Part shown: in pieces, positions 7,557 through 14,497 of the stretch
Numbering within the stretch: position 1 is the stretch's first letter
How the letters are laid out: every line of letters starts with the position of its first letter
From: an uncultured Acidobacteriota bacterium
GTDB taxonomy: Bacteria > Acidobacteriota > Vicinamibacteria > Vicinamibacterales > 2-12-FULL-66-21
Length of the DNA stretch: 32,000 bases
Direction of reading: 5' to 3'
NCBI GenBank assembly: GCA_963816725.1
Contig: CAWFMC010000018.1
Location: forward strand, 431,977-463,976
Translations under genes and position numbers: made by a program
Notes under the pieces: generated by a model
Told to the model about the DNA's origin: nothing
Database searches by the model: none
The model's input: the letters and a program-made list of their open reading frames with translations, nothing else

Positions 7557-8827
7557 GCCTCCTCGAAGTGCTCCAGGCGCTCCTTCATCGAGGTGAGAAA
7601 CCGACCCGCTTCCGCGCCATCGATCAACCGGTGATCGTAGCCGAGCGTCAGGTGGCACACCGGGCGGATCGCGATCGCATCGTCGATCACGACCACGCGC
7701 TTGTCGATGCTGCCGACGCCGAGAATTGCGACCTGGGGCTGGTTGATCAGGGGCAGGCCGTAGAGCGCGCCGAACACACCGGGGTTGGTGATCGTGAACG
7801 TGCCCGCCTGCACCTCCTCGGGACTCAGCCTCTTCGATCGGGCGCGCCCCGAAAGGTCGTTGATCGCGCGGCTCAACCCGAGCAGGTTCTTCTCGTCGGC
7901 GTTGCGGATCACCGGCACGATCAGGCCGTTGTCGAGCGCCACGGCGATGCCGAGGTTGATGTCTTTGCGGTAGACGATGTTGTCGCCGTCAATCGAGGCG
8001 TTGACCATCGGGAACTGGCGCAGCGCATCGACCGTGACCTTGGCGATGAATGCGGTGAAGGTGAGCTTCGCGCCGGCCGCCTCGAACGCCGCCTTCCGTG
8101 ACTCGCGCAGCGCATGGACCCGCCCGAAGTTGACCTCGTAGACGGAGTAGACGTGCGGCGAGGTGTGCGCGCTGAGCACCATGTGCTCGGCGATCTTCTT
8201 GCGCATCACCGTCATCGGCACGATGCTGACGCGCTCCCCCGGTTTGAACGTCACGCTCGGGGCCGGCCTCTTGGCGCTCCTGGCGGCCGCCGGCGTGACG
8301 GCTGCCCCACGTTCGATGTAGTCGAGGATGTCCTGCTTGGTGACCCGCCCGGCGATGCCGGTCCCGTGAATCGACCTGATGTCGATGTGGTGTTCCTGCG
8401 CGATGCGGCGCACCAGGGGCGAGGACTTCTGGCGCCGAAGATCGTCCGCGCTCGGCTCGTCTGCGGAGGACTCGCTTTCGGAGCGATCCATTTCCGGCTC
8501 GCCCGCTACGGCCGCCGGAAGCTCGCTCGGCCCGCTCGCATCAGCCGCGCCGTGGGCGTCAAGGTCCGGGGTGGCGGCCTCTCCGGCGCGCTCGCCGCCG
8601 ATGATCGCGACGACGCTGTTGACGGGGACGGTCTCCCCTTCTTTCGCCGTGATCGACGTCAGCACGCCGGCCGCCGGGGATGGAATCTCGGCGTCGACCT
8701 TGTCGGTCGAGATTTCGAACAGCGGCTCGTCGCGGTCGACCTCGTCGCCGATCTTCTTGATCCAGCGGACGATGGTCCCTTCGGCGATCGACTCGCCCAT
8801 CTGGGGCATGACGACGTTTGTGGGCAT
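7547..8827 (-). CDS. 2-oxo acid dehydrogenase complex E2 (dihydrolipoamide acyltransferase)
   Basis: Lipoyl domain [46 protein letters not shown]3-binding domain [32 protein letters not shown], catalytic [11 protein letters not shown] 8827 chosen; the upstream 170 aa of the ORF-track entry is rejected. Confidence 0.9.
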   Translation of the reverse strand: MPTNVVMPQMGESIAEGTIVRWIKKIGDEVDRDEPLFEISTDKVDAEIPSPAAGVLTSITAKEGETVPVNSVVAIIGGERAGEAATPDLDAHGAADASGPSELPAAVAGEPEMDRSESESSADEPSADDLRRQKSSPLVRRIAQEHHIDIRSIHGTGIAGRVTKQDILDYIERGAAVTPAAARSAKRPAPSVTFKPGERVSIVPMTVMRKKIAEHMVLSAHTSPHVYSVYEVNFGRVHALRESRKAAFEAAGAKLTFTAFIAKVTVDALRQFPMVNASIDGDNIVYRKDINLGIAVALDNGLIVPVIRNADEKNLLGLSRAINDLSGRARSKRLSPEEVQAGTFTITNPGVFGALYGLPLINQPQVAILGVGSIDKRVVVIDDAIAIRPVCHLTLGYDHRLIDGAEAGRFLTSMKERLEHFEEAWL

Positions 8828-8991
8828 GGTCTTGAGCTTCCAGCTCCCAGGTTCCAGGGGGGCGATGACGGCGGCCTTCACCTCGGGAGGGGCAGTCGCC
8901 TGCTCGCCCGCCACAATCGTCCCACCTTCGCGAGCCTCCAAACTACCCCAATACCGGCAGCTGGCAGCTGGAAGCTGAGGAGCGTCAGTTC

Positions 8992-10416
8992 CTAAGCGTG
9001 AATCGCCCCGCCGTGCGCCGCGTGCGCTGCTTCGCCGATTGCTTCCGACATGGTCGGGTGCGCGTGGATGGTACGGATCAACTCCTCGACCGTGCACTCC
9101 AAGCGTAGCGCGAGGGTCGCCTCGGCAATCAGCTCGGTGGCGCGCGGGCCGATCAGGTGGACGCCGAGGATTTCGTCGTACTTGGTGTCGAACACGATCT
9201 TCGCAAAACCCTCGACTTCGCCGGCGATCCGGGCGCGGGCCAGGATGCCGAATTTGAAGGTGCCGATCTTGACCTCGTAGCCGCGGGCCTGTGCTTCCTT
9301 CTCGGTCAGGCCGACGCTGCCGATCTCGGGGTCGCAATACGTGCAGCCGGGCACCTGGTCGTAGTTGATCGGCCGGAACTCGCGCCCGGCAATCCGCTCG
9401 GCGAGGGCCACGCCTTCCGCGGAGGACAGGTGCGCCAGTTGGGGGTGCCCGGGATGGTCGAAGGTGATCACGTCGCCGATCGCGGAAATTCCGGGCACGC
9501 CGGTTTCGAATTGCTTGTTGACCTTGATGTAGCCGCGCTCCAGCGTCAGGCCGGCTTCCTCAGCGCCGAGCCCCTTCGTGACCGGGCCCCGCCCGGTCGC
9601 GACCAGCAGGTAGTCGGCTTTGAGCGAGGCGGTCTTGCCATCGCCCCCTTGGGCCTCGAGGCTGACGCCGTCGGCGGCGGGCTTCGCGGAGGTGACCTTG
9701 GCCGCGGTCATGACCTTGATGCCCTGCTTCTTGAACGAGCGCTCCAGCTCCGCCGACACGGCCTCGTCTTCGACCGGCACCAGGCGCGGCAACAGCTCGA
9801 TGATCGTCACGTCGCTACCGAAGCGGCGGAAAATCGAGGCGAACTCGACACCGACCGCGCCGCTGCCCATGATCGCAATCGATTTGGGCACCTCGCGCAG
9901 TCCGATCGCTTCGTCGCTGGTGATGATCCGTTTCCGGTCGATGGCGATGCCGGGAACGCTGCGCGGTTCGGACCCGGTGGCGACGATGATCTCCTTGCTG
10001 GCGGTCAAGGTCTGGGTCTGCCCTTGGCCATCGGTCACCTCGACGGTGCCCTTACCGGCCAGCCGCCCGCTGCCCTTGATCCAGTCGATCTTGTTCTTCC
10101 TGAAGAGCAGCTCGACGCCACCCGTGAGGCCCTTGACGATCTTGTCCTTGCGCGCGTGCACCTGGGTCATGTCGAGCGCAACGGCGGCCTCGCCGATGGT
10201 CAGGCCCCACTCTTTCCAGTTCTGGGCGATCTTCAGGGCATGCGCGTGCTCGAGCAGCGCCTTAGTAGGAATGCAGCCCCAGTTCAGGCAGGTTCCGCCC
10301 AGGGTCGGCGCGCGCTCGACGACCGCGGTGCGCAACCCGAGCTGCGCGGCGCGGATGGCGGCGACGTAACCGCCGGTTCCGGAACCAATCACGACGACGT
10401 CGTAGGTATTCGCCAC
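8992..10416 (-). CDS. lpdA: dihydrolipoyl dehydrogenase (E3)
   Basis: FAD motif VVIGSGTGGYVAA, redox-active disulfide GGTCLNWGCIPTK, C-terminal HAHPTMSE. Confidence 0.95.
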   Translation of the reverse strand: MANTYDVVVIGSGTGGYVAAIRAAQLGLRTAVVERAPTLGGTCLNWGCIPTKALLEHAHALKIAQNWKEWGLTIGEAAVALDMTQVHARKDKIVKGLTGGVELLFRKNKIDWIKGSGRLAGKGTVEVTDGQGQTQTLTASKEIIVATGSEPRSVPGIAIDRKRIITSDEAIGLREVPKSIAIMGSGAVGVEFASIFRRFGSDVTIIELLPRLVPVEDEAVSAELERSFKKQGIKVMTAAKVTSAKPAADGVSLEAQGGDGKTASLKADYLLVATGRGPVTKGLGAEEAGLTLERGYIKVNKQFETGVPGISAIGDVITFDHPGHPQLAHLSSAEGVALAERIAGREFRPINYDQVPGCTYCDPEIGSVGLTEKEAQARGYEVKIGTFKFGILARARIAGEVEGFAKIVFDTKYDEILGVHLIGPRATELIAEATLALRLECTVEELIRTIHAHPTMSEAIGEAAHAAHGGAIHA

Positions 10417-10420
10417 AGGG

Positions 10421-10678
10421 TTACGAGTCCTTCTTGCGGATGGACGACAGCGGGACGAAAGTCATCGAGGGAGTCGACGCGGCCACCGGTTCGGGCGCCG
10501 CCGCGGGGGCGTCACCGGGATCGAGACGGGCGACCTGCGATCGCAGGCGGGTATAGTCGTAGCGCAGCTCCCAGTACGACTGGTTCAGCGTTTCGAGCCG
10601 GCGCGCCTGACGCCGGACCAGCAGCAGCGCTATTGCCGCGAGAGCCAGCGCCAGGGCGGTCACGCTCCACAACACCAC
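10421..10678 (-). CDS. small single-pass membrane protein, unknown function
   Basis: GTG start. N-terminal TM helix LWSVTALALALAAIALLLV followed by a charged helix. Ends 4 nt before the lpdA start and carries the lpdA SD (AAGGA) in its 3' end. Confidence 0.5.
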   Translation of the reverse strand: MVLWSVTALALALAAIALLLVRRQARRLETLNQSYWELRYDYTRLRSQVARLDPGDAPAAAPEPVAASTPSMTFVPLSSIRKKDS

Positions 10679-10764
10679 AACCGACCTACCTTACCGATCG
10701 TCAGCCAGCACTGTCAATGGACCGCGGCGCCGGCCGCGGAGCCTTGATACAATGCGCTCGCTCC

Positions 10765-12150
10765 ATGTCCGGACTCTCGAAGACGGTCCTGATCTGCGAC
10801 GACGATCAGGGCATGCGCGACACGATCGCGGCGATCCTGCAGCGCGAGTACCGCGTGCTCTCGGTGCCGAGCGGCGAGTCCGCGTTGGCCGTGCTCAAGC
10901 AGGAGGACGTCGACGTCCTGCTGCTCGATGTCCGCCTCCCGGGCATCAACGGGCTCGACGTCCTGCGCATCGTGCGGGAGAACTACGGCTTCGTCGAGTG
11001 CATCGTGATCTCGGCGATCAGCGAGGTCGAGACCGCCGTCCAGGCGATGAAGTACGGCGCCTACCACTACGTCACCAAGACGTTTGAGTACGACGAGCTG
11101 CGATCGCTCGTGCGCAACGCCTGCGAGCACCAGGATCTCAACCGCCAGGTGGCGATGCTGAGCGCCCAGGTGGCCGAGGGAGAGCGCGAGTTCCTGATCG
11201 GTCCGAGCCGGCAGATCCGGGAGATCGTGGACCTGGTGCACAAGGTCGCGAAGCTGTCGGCCACGGTGCTGATTCTGGGCGAGAGCGGTACCGGCAAAGA
11301 GTTGCTGGCGCGACTGCTCCATCGCGAGTCCGGCCGGCGCGACGCGCCGTTCATCGCCGTCAACCTGTCCGCGATCCCGCACGAGCTGGTAGAGAGCACG
11401 CTGTTCGGCCACGAGCGCGGCTCGTTCACCGGTGCGCACAAGCAGCAACTCGGGAAGTTCGAGCTCGCATCGGGCGGCACGCTCTTCCTCGACGAGATCG
11501 GGGACCTCCGCCTGGACCTCCAGGCCAAGCTGTTGCGGGCCATTCAGGAAGGGGAAATCGAGCGGATCGGCGGCACCAAGCCGATTCGGACGAACTTCCG
11601 GCTGGTGGTGGCCACCAACGTCGACGTCGAGAAGGCGGCCAAAGAGGGACGCTTCCGCGAGGATCTCTACTATCGGATCAACGTCATTCCCATTCGGATG
11701 CCGCCGCTCCGCGAACGCCTCGACGACCTGCCGGAACTGGCCCGGCTGTTTCTCGAGCGCTACCGGGTCAAGTTCCGGAAGCCGGTGCTCGGGATCGCGG
11801 ATTCGGCGGTAAAAATCTTGGCCTCGTACTGGTGGCCGGGCAACATCCGGGAGCTCGAGAACCTGATCGAGCGACTGGTCGCGGTCAGCGACAAGGAGTG
11901 GATCACCGACGAGGACCTCCCGATGGAGTATCACCTCGCCAAGCTGGATTCGGGCCCGGCGGCCGGCGAGACGCTGTTCCAGGAGGCCTGCGACACCTTC
12001 GAGCGCAACTTCATTCTCCGCGCGCTCGAGAAGTCCGACTGGAACGTGACCGCGACCGCCCGCTATCTCGGGATTCCGCTCAGCACGCTGAAGCACAAGA
12101 TGGCTCGTCTCGAGCTGCGCGATCTCGCGCGCAGGCTGCGCGGCGTCTGA
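10765..12150 (+). CDS. sigma-54-dependent response regulator (NtrC/Fis family bacterial enhancer-binding protein)
   Basis: Receiver (VLICDDDQGMRD, LLLDVRLPG), AAA+ sigma-54 interaction domain (Walker A GESGTGKE, GSFTGA loop, LFLDEIG), C-terminal HTH (TATARYLGIPLSTLKHKM). ATG 10765; the upstream 536 aa of the 997-aa ORF is antisense to lpdA and rejected. Confidence 0.95.
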   Translation: MSGLSKTVLICDDDQGMRDTIAAILQREYRVLSVPSGESALAVLKQEDVDVLLLDVRLPGINGLDVLRIVRENYGFVECIVISAISEVETAVQAMKYGAYHYVTKTFEYDELRSLVRNACEHQDLNRQVAMLSAQVAEGEREFLIGPSRQIREIVDLVHKVAKLSATVLILGESGTGKELLARLLHRESGRRDAPFIAVNLSAIPHELVESTLFGHERGSFTGAHKQQLGKFELASGGTLFLDEIGDLRLDLQAKLLRAIQEGEIERIGGTKPIRTNFRLVVATNVDVEKAAKEGRFREDLYYRINVIPIRMPPLRERLDDLPELARLFLERYRVKFRKPVLGIADSAVKILASYWWPGNIRELENLIERLVAVSDKEWITDEDLPMEYHLAKLDSGPAAGETLFQEACDTFERNFILRALEKSDWNVTATARYLGIPLSTLKHKMARLELRDLARRLRGV

Positions 12151-12212
12151 CGCCAACCAGCCCGCCATCCGTCCCATTACGGCTCGTCTTCCAGGCTTCC
12201 GGTTGGCGGGGG

Positions 12213-12282
12213 CGGCCAATCACTCGGCCAATCAGCGAACCGGGCGGCTAACCTATTGGCCGGATCGGTGGGCCGATCGGCC
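12213..12282 (+). promoter_or_regulatory. candidate enhancer (UAS) repeats
   Basis: CGGCCAATCA at 12213-12222 and 12225-12234 (direct). Inverted copy TATTGGCCGG at 12254-12263. Perfect 12-bp palindrome GGCCGATCGGCC at 12271-12282. Lies about 135-205 bp upstream of the putative -12 element. Confidence 0.35.
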
Positions 12283-12404
12283 CTCTTGCGCTCGCGTACG
12301 GCCGACGGGCCCGCAGAGCTCTATCCAAAGAGTTCACTGGAATCGGCCACTTATCGCTTATCTCCCGCCGTCGATATGACTCTTTGGTCAGTCCGTAAGA
12401 CCGT

Positions 12405-12420
12405 CGGAATATCGGTTGCA
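12405..12420 (+). promoter_or_regulatory. candidate sigma-54 (-24/-12) promoter
   Basis: cGGaatatcggTTGCA has correct GG-N10-GC spacing (GG 12406-12407, GC 12418-12419) and a perfect -12 TTGCA, but a weak -24 (CGGAAT vs TGGCAC). It lies 76 nt upstream of the rSAM ATG and just downstream of a sigma-54 activator gene. Confidence 0.35.
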
Positions 12421-12495
12421 CTTCGCCGGGCGGTGGGCGGCGCGCTGGTTCGTCCGATGAGCGCTCCGTCGATCGCCAGGCCACGGAGGAGTCCC

Positions 12496-13914
12496 ATGCA
12501 GCCCTCGATGTTCAACGTGAGTGTCCCGCTCGATGGTCGCGACGACGTGTTCCTGATGAACACGTTTTCGGACGCGCAGCTGATTGTGTCGCGTGACGTG
12601 GCCGACGTGCTCGATCGCATCGCCCGCGGTGAACGGCAGTTCGCCGCCGACGAGCGTGACGCCATCGACACCCTCGTCGAGCAGGGGTTCATCGTCGAGA
12701 GTCGGGCCGCGGATCATCAGGCGCTGGAGGAGTTCTTCCACAACGTTCGGGAGGATCGCAGCCAGCTGCGGGTCACGGTCCTGACCACCCTGCAGTGCAA
12801 CTTCGCCTGCGATTACTGCATCCAGGGCGATCACGGCGATTACAACAAGCACGCCGCCAAGATGTCGCTGGACACCGCCGCGCGCACCGCCGAGTGGGCC
12901 GAGCAGCGGCTGGACGCGGTGGCCCCGTCGAGCTTCGCGCTGACGTTCTTCGGCGGCGAGCCGCTCCTCAACCTGCCGGTTCTGTTCTACCTGTCCGAGC
13001 GCCTCGCCGAGAGCTGCCGTGTGCGCGGTGTGCGGATGATGATCAACATCATCACCAACGGGCTGCTGCTGACGCCGGCGATCGTCGATCGGCTGACGCC
13101 CCTGGGCCTGAACGGCGTCAAGGTCACGCTCGACGGCGACCGCGACACGCACAACAGGATGCGGCCGCTGCGCGGGGGCCAAGGCACCTTCGACCGAATC
13201 CTCGACAACGTGCGGCAGGTCGCCGGCAAGACGCGGATCTCGATCGGCGGCAACTTCGACGAGCAGAGCGTCGACAGCTACCCGGCGCTCCTCGACTTCC
13301 TGCGCGAGCAGGAGTTCGCCGGTCAGCTGGCCAAGGTCGCGTTCAAGCCGATCATCAAGCCGGCGCAGTCCGCCCATCCGAAAGGCACGTTCGCACTGAC
13401 CGCGGTCGGCTCGGACGGGAAGCCGCTCGGCGGCGCGTGCATGACGTCGGCCGGGACCGGCGTCTCGAGTGCCTGCGACAACTGCCACTTCCTCGACGAG
13501 AAGATGTCGTATTTGCGCGAGGAAACGATGCGGCGCGGCTTTCCGACGATGGACGGCGTGCACATGGGGCCGTGCGAGATCCACAAGCATCACGCGCACA
13601 CCGTCGGGCCGGACGGTTCGCTCTACGCCTGCCCGGGGTTCGCCGGCGAAGCCACGCAGTCGACCGGCCACATCGACGGCCGCGACGAACAGTGGCGGCG
13701 CGAGTCGGCCAGGCGCTTCGAGGTGATCACGGCGTGGTCCGAGTGCAACGACTGCGCGTTCATTCCGGTCTGCGCCGGCGGCTGCAGTGTCGCGGCGCAC
13801 GCCGAGCTGGGCGACCTGCAGAAGCCCAATTGCCACAAAACGAGTTTCGAGGCTGGCGTGGTGACGCTGGCGAGACAGGCAGCAGCGCGAGCGGAGCCCG
13901 CGCTGGCCGGGTAA
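12496..13914 (+). CDS. radical SAM/SPASM domain peptide-modifying enzyme (RiPP maturase-like)
   Basis: GGAGGA SD 5 nt before ATG 12496. About 95-aa N-terminal extension before the core (RRE/PqqD-like position). CNFACDYC (CxxxCxxC) at aa 101-108. GGEPLL. SPASM motifs GSLYAC (GX4C) and CNDCAFIPVCAGGC (CX2CX5CX3C) plus the trailing Cys in PNCHK. Extra Cys triad CMTSAGTGVSSACDNC. Confidence 0.9.
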   Translation: MQPSMFNVSVPLDGRDDVFLMNTFSDAQLIVSRDVADVLDRIARGERQFAADERDAIDTLVEQGFIVESRAADHQALEEFFHNVREDRSQLRVTVLTTLQCNFACDYCIQGDHGDYNKHAAKMSLDTAARTAEWAEQRLDAVAPSSFALTFFGGEPLLNLPVLFYLSERLAESCRVRGVRMMINIITNGLLLTPAIVDRLTPLGLNGVKVTLDGDRDTHNRMRPLRGGQGTFDRILDNVRQVAGKTRISIGGNFDEQSVDSYPALLDFLREQEFAGQLAKVAFKPIIKPAQSAHPKGTFALTAVGSDGKPLGGACMTSAGTGVSSACDNCHFLDEKMSYLREETMRRGFPTMDGVHMGPCEIHKHHAHTVGPDGSLYACPGFAGEATQSTGHIDGRDEQWRRESARRFEVITAWSECNDCAFIPVCAGGCSVAAHAELGDLQKPNCHKTSFEAGVVTLARQAAARAEPALAG

Positions 13915-13946
13915 GGGGAATGGCTTCGCTAGTTTGGGAGGGTCCG

Positions 13947-14027
13947 GTGGAAGTAGAACGCAACGAGAGCGGCAAGAAAAAGGGGGCGCTGCGCCCCTGG
14001 CTGGTCGACGTCGTCATCGACGAATAG
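13947..14027 (+). CDS. putative divergent precursor-like peptide (26 aa from GTG 13947; 35 aa if ATG 13920)
   Basis: GGGAGGG SD 4 nt before GTG. (M)EVERNESGKKKGALRPWLVDVVIDE aligns with the two 31-aa peptides (M1, G9, K11, K12 and PW.VD identical, with a 3-residue gap where the others have HVC). Confidence 0.45.
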   Translation: MEVERNESGKKKGALRPWLVDVVIDE

Positions 14028-14081
14028 CTGCGCTGAGGGCAGCTCGGGTCACGCTTCACTCACGTCAGTCAGGAGAGAGTC

Positions 14082-14177
14082 ATGAAAATCCAGGTCGTTC
14101 AAAAGGGTACGAAGAAGATCATGTCGAATCACGTGTGCCCTTGGTACGTCGACGAGCCGCCGGCCGCCAAGAAGTAG
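14082..14177 (+). CDS. radical-SAM-associated precursor peptide, copy 1 (31 aa)
   Basis: AGGAG SD 6 nt upstream. MKIQVVQKGTKKIMSNHVCPWYVDEPPAAKK. Not in the ORF track (too short). Paralogue 141 nt downstream. Confidence 0.8.
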   Translation: MKIQVVQKGTKKIMSNHVCPWYVDEPPAAKK

Positions 14178-14222
14178 GCGCCGCCCGCGATCGACGAATT
14201 CACCATTTTCTGAAGAGGCATC

Positions 14223-14318
14223 ATGAAGATCCACGTCGTTCAGAAGGGCACCAAGAAGATCATGTCCAACCACGTGTGCCCTTGGTACGTCGACGAGCCG
14301 CCGGCCGCCAAGAAGTAG
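14223..14318 (+). CDS. radical-SAM-associated precursor peptide, copy 2 (31 aa)
   Basis: AAGAGG SD. MKIHVVQKGTKKIMSNHVCPWYVDEPPAAKK. It has 7 nt differences from copy 1, all at third codon positions: 6 synonymous and 1 Q4H. Flanks are not conserved. Confidence 0.8.
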   Translation: MKIHVVQKGTKKIMSNHVCPWYVDEPPAAKK

Positions 14319-14327
14319 CTGCACGTG

Positions 14328-14357
14328 GCCCGTTGCCGGGAATCCACGGCAACGGGC
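14328..14357 (+). terminator. perfect 11-bp GC-rich hairpin 10 nt after the last peptide gene (terminator/attenuator or mRNA stabiliser)
   Basis: GCCCGTTGCCG-ggaatcca-CGGCAACGGGC. No U-tract follows. Confidence 0.45.
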
Positions 14358-14497
14358 GCAGCACCATCCGCGGTCGTCGACAGGGGTACAGCTCGCCATC
14401 GGTTCTGCCGATACCCCGCTGAGACGCTGGCACCGACGATCAGAGGGCATGGCTTGCCCTCGGCGACTGTGGCAGAGTAGCGCCATAGCGGCGAGAC

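Noticed and set aside
8841-8860. The 11-mer GGTTCCAGGGG, shared between the lpdA-E2 spacer and both arms of the 6110-6275 element.
   Set aside because: A rough composition-based estimate suggests a single extra 11-mer match is only mildly unlikely by chance. The flanking sequence is unrelated, so I do not count it as another copy of the element.
8828-9337. A 170-aa N-terminal extension of the E2 ORF (7547..9337).
   Set aside because: It is an Arg/Pro-rich shadow sequence overlapping the lpdA 3' end. E2 proteins begin at the lipoyl domain, which starts at ATG 8827.
9157-10764. The N-terminal 536 aa of the 997-aa + strand ORF (9157..12150).
   Set aside because: It runs antisense to lpdA, is Gly/Arg/Asp/Leu-rich with no domain signatures, and is a typical high-GC shadow frame. 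The real gene starts at ATG 10765, where the receiver domain begins.
12338-12360. Alternative sigma-54 promoter candidates (TGGAATCGGCCACTTATCGC and others containing TGGC).
   Set aside because: The GG-to-GC spacing is N9, or the -12 GC is missing. Sigma-54 spacing is essentially invariant, so only the 12405-12420 site was retained.
12388-13836. A 482-aa minus-strand ORF, and the + strand ORF 12795..14027, overlapping the rSAM gene.
   Set aside because: The frame containing CxxxCxxC and SPASM motifs is unambiguous, and the others are shadow ORFs. Only the last 81-108 nt of 12795..14027, downstream of the rSAM stop, are kept as a possible small peptide gene.
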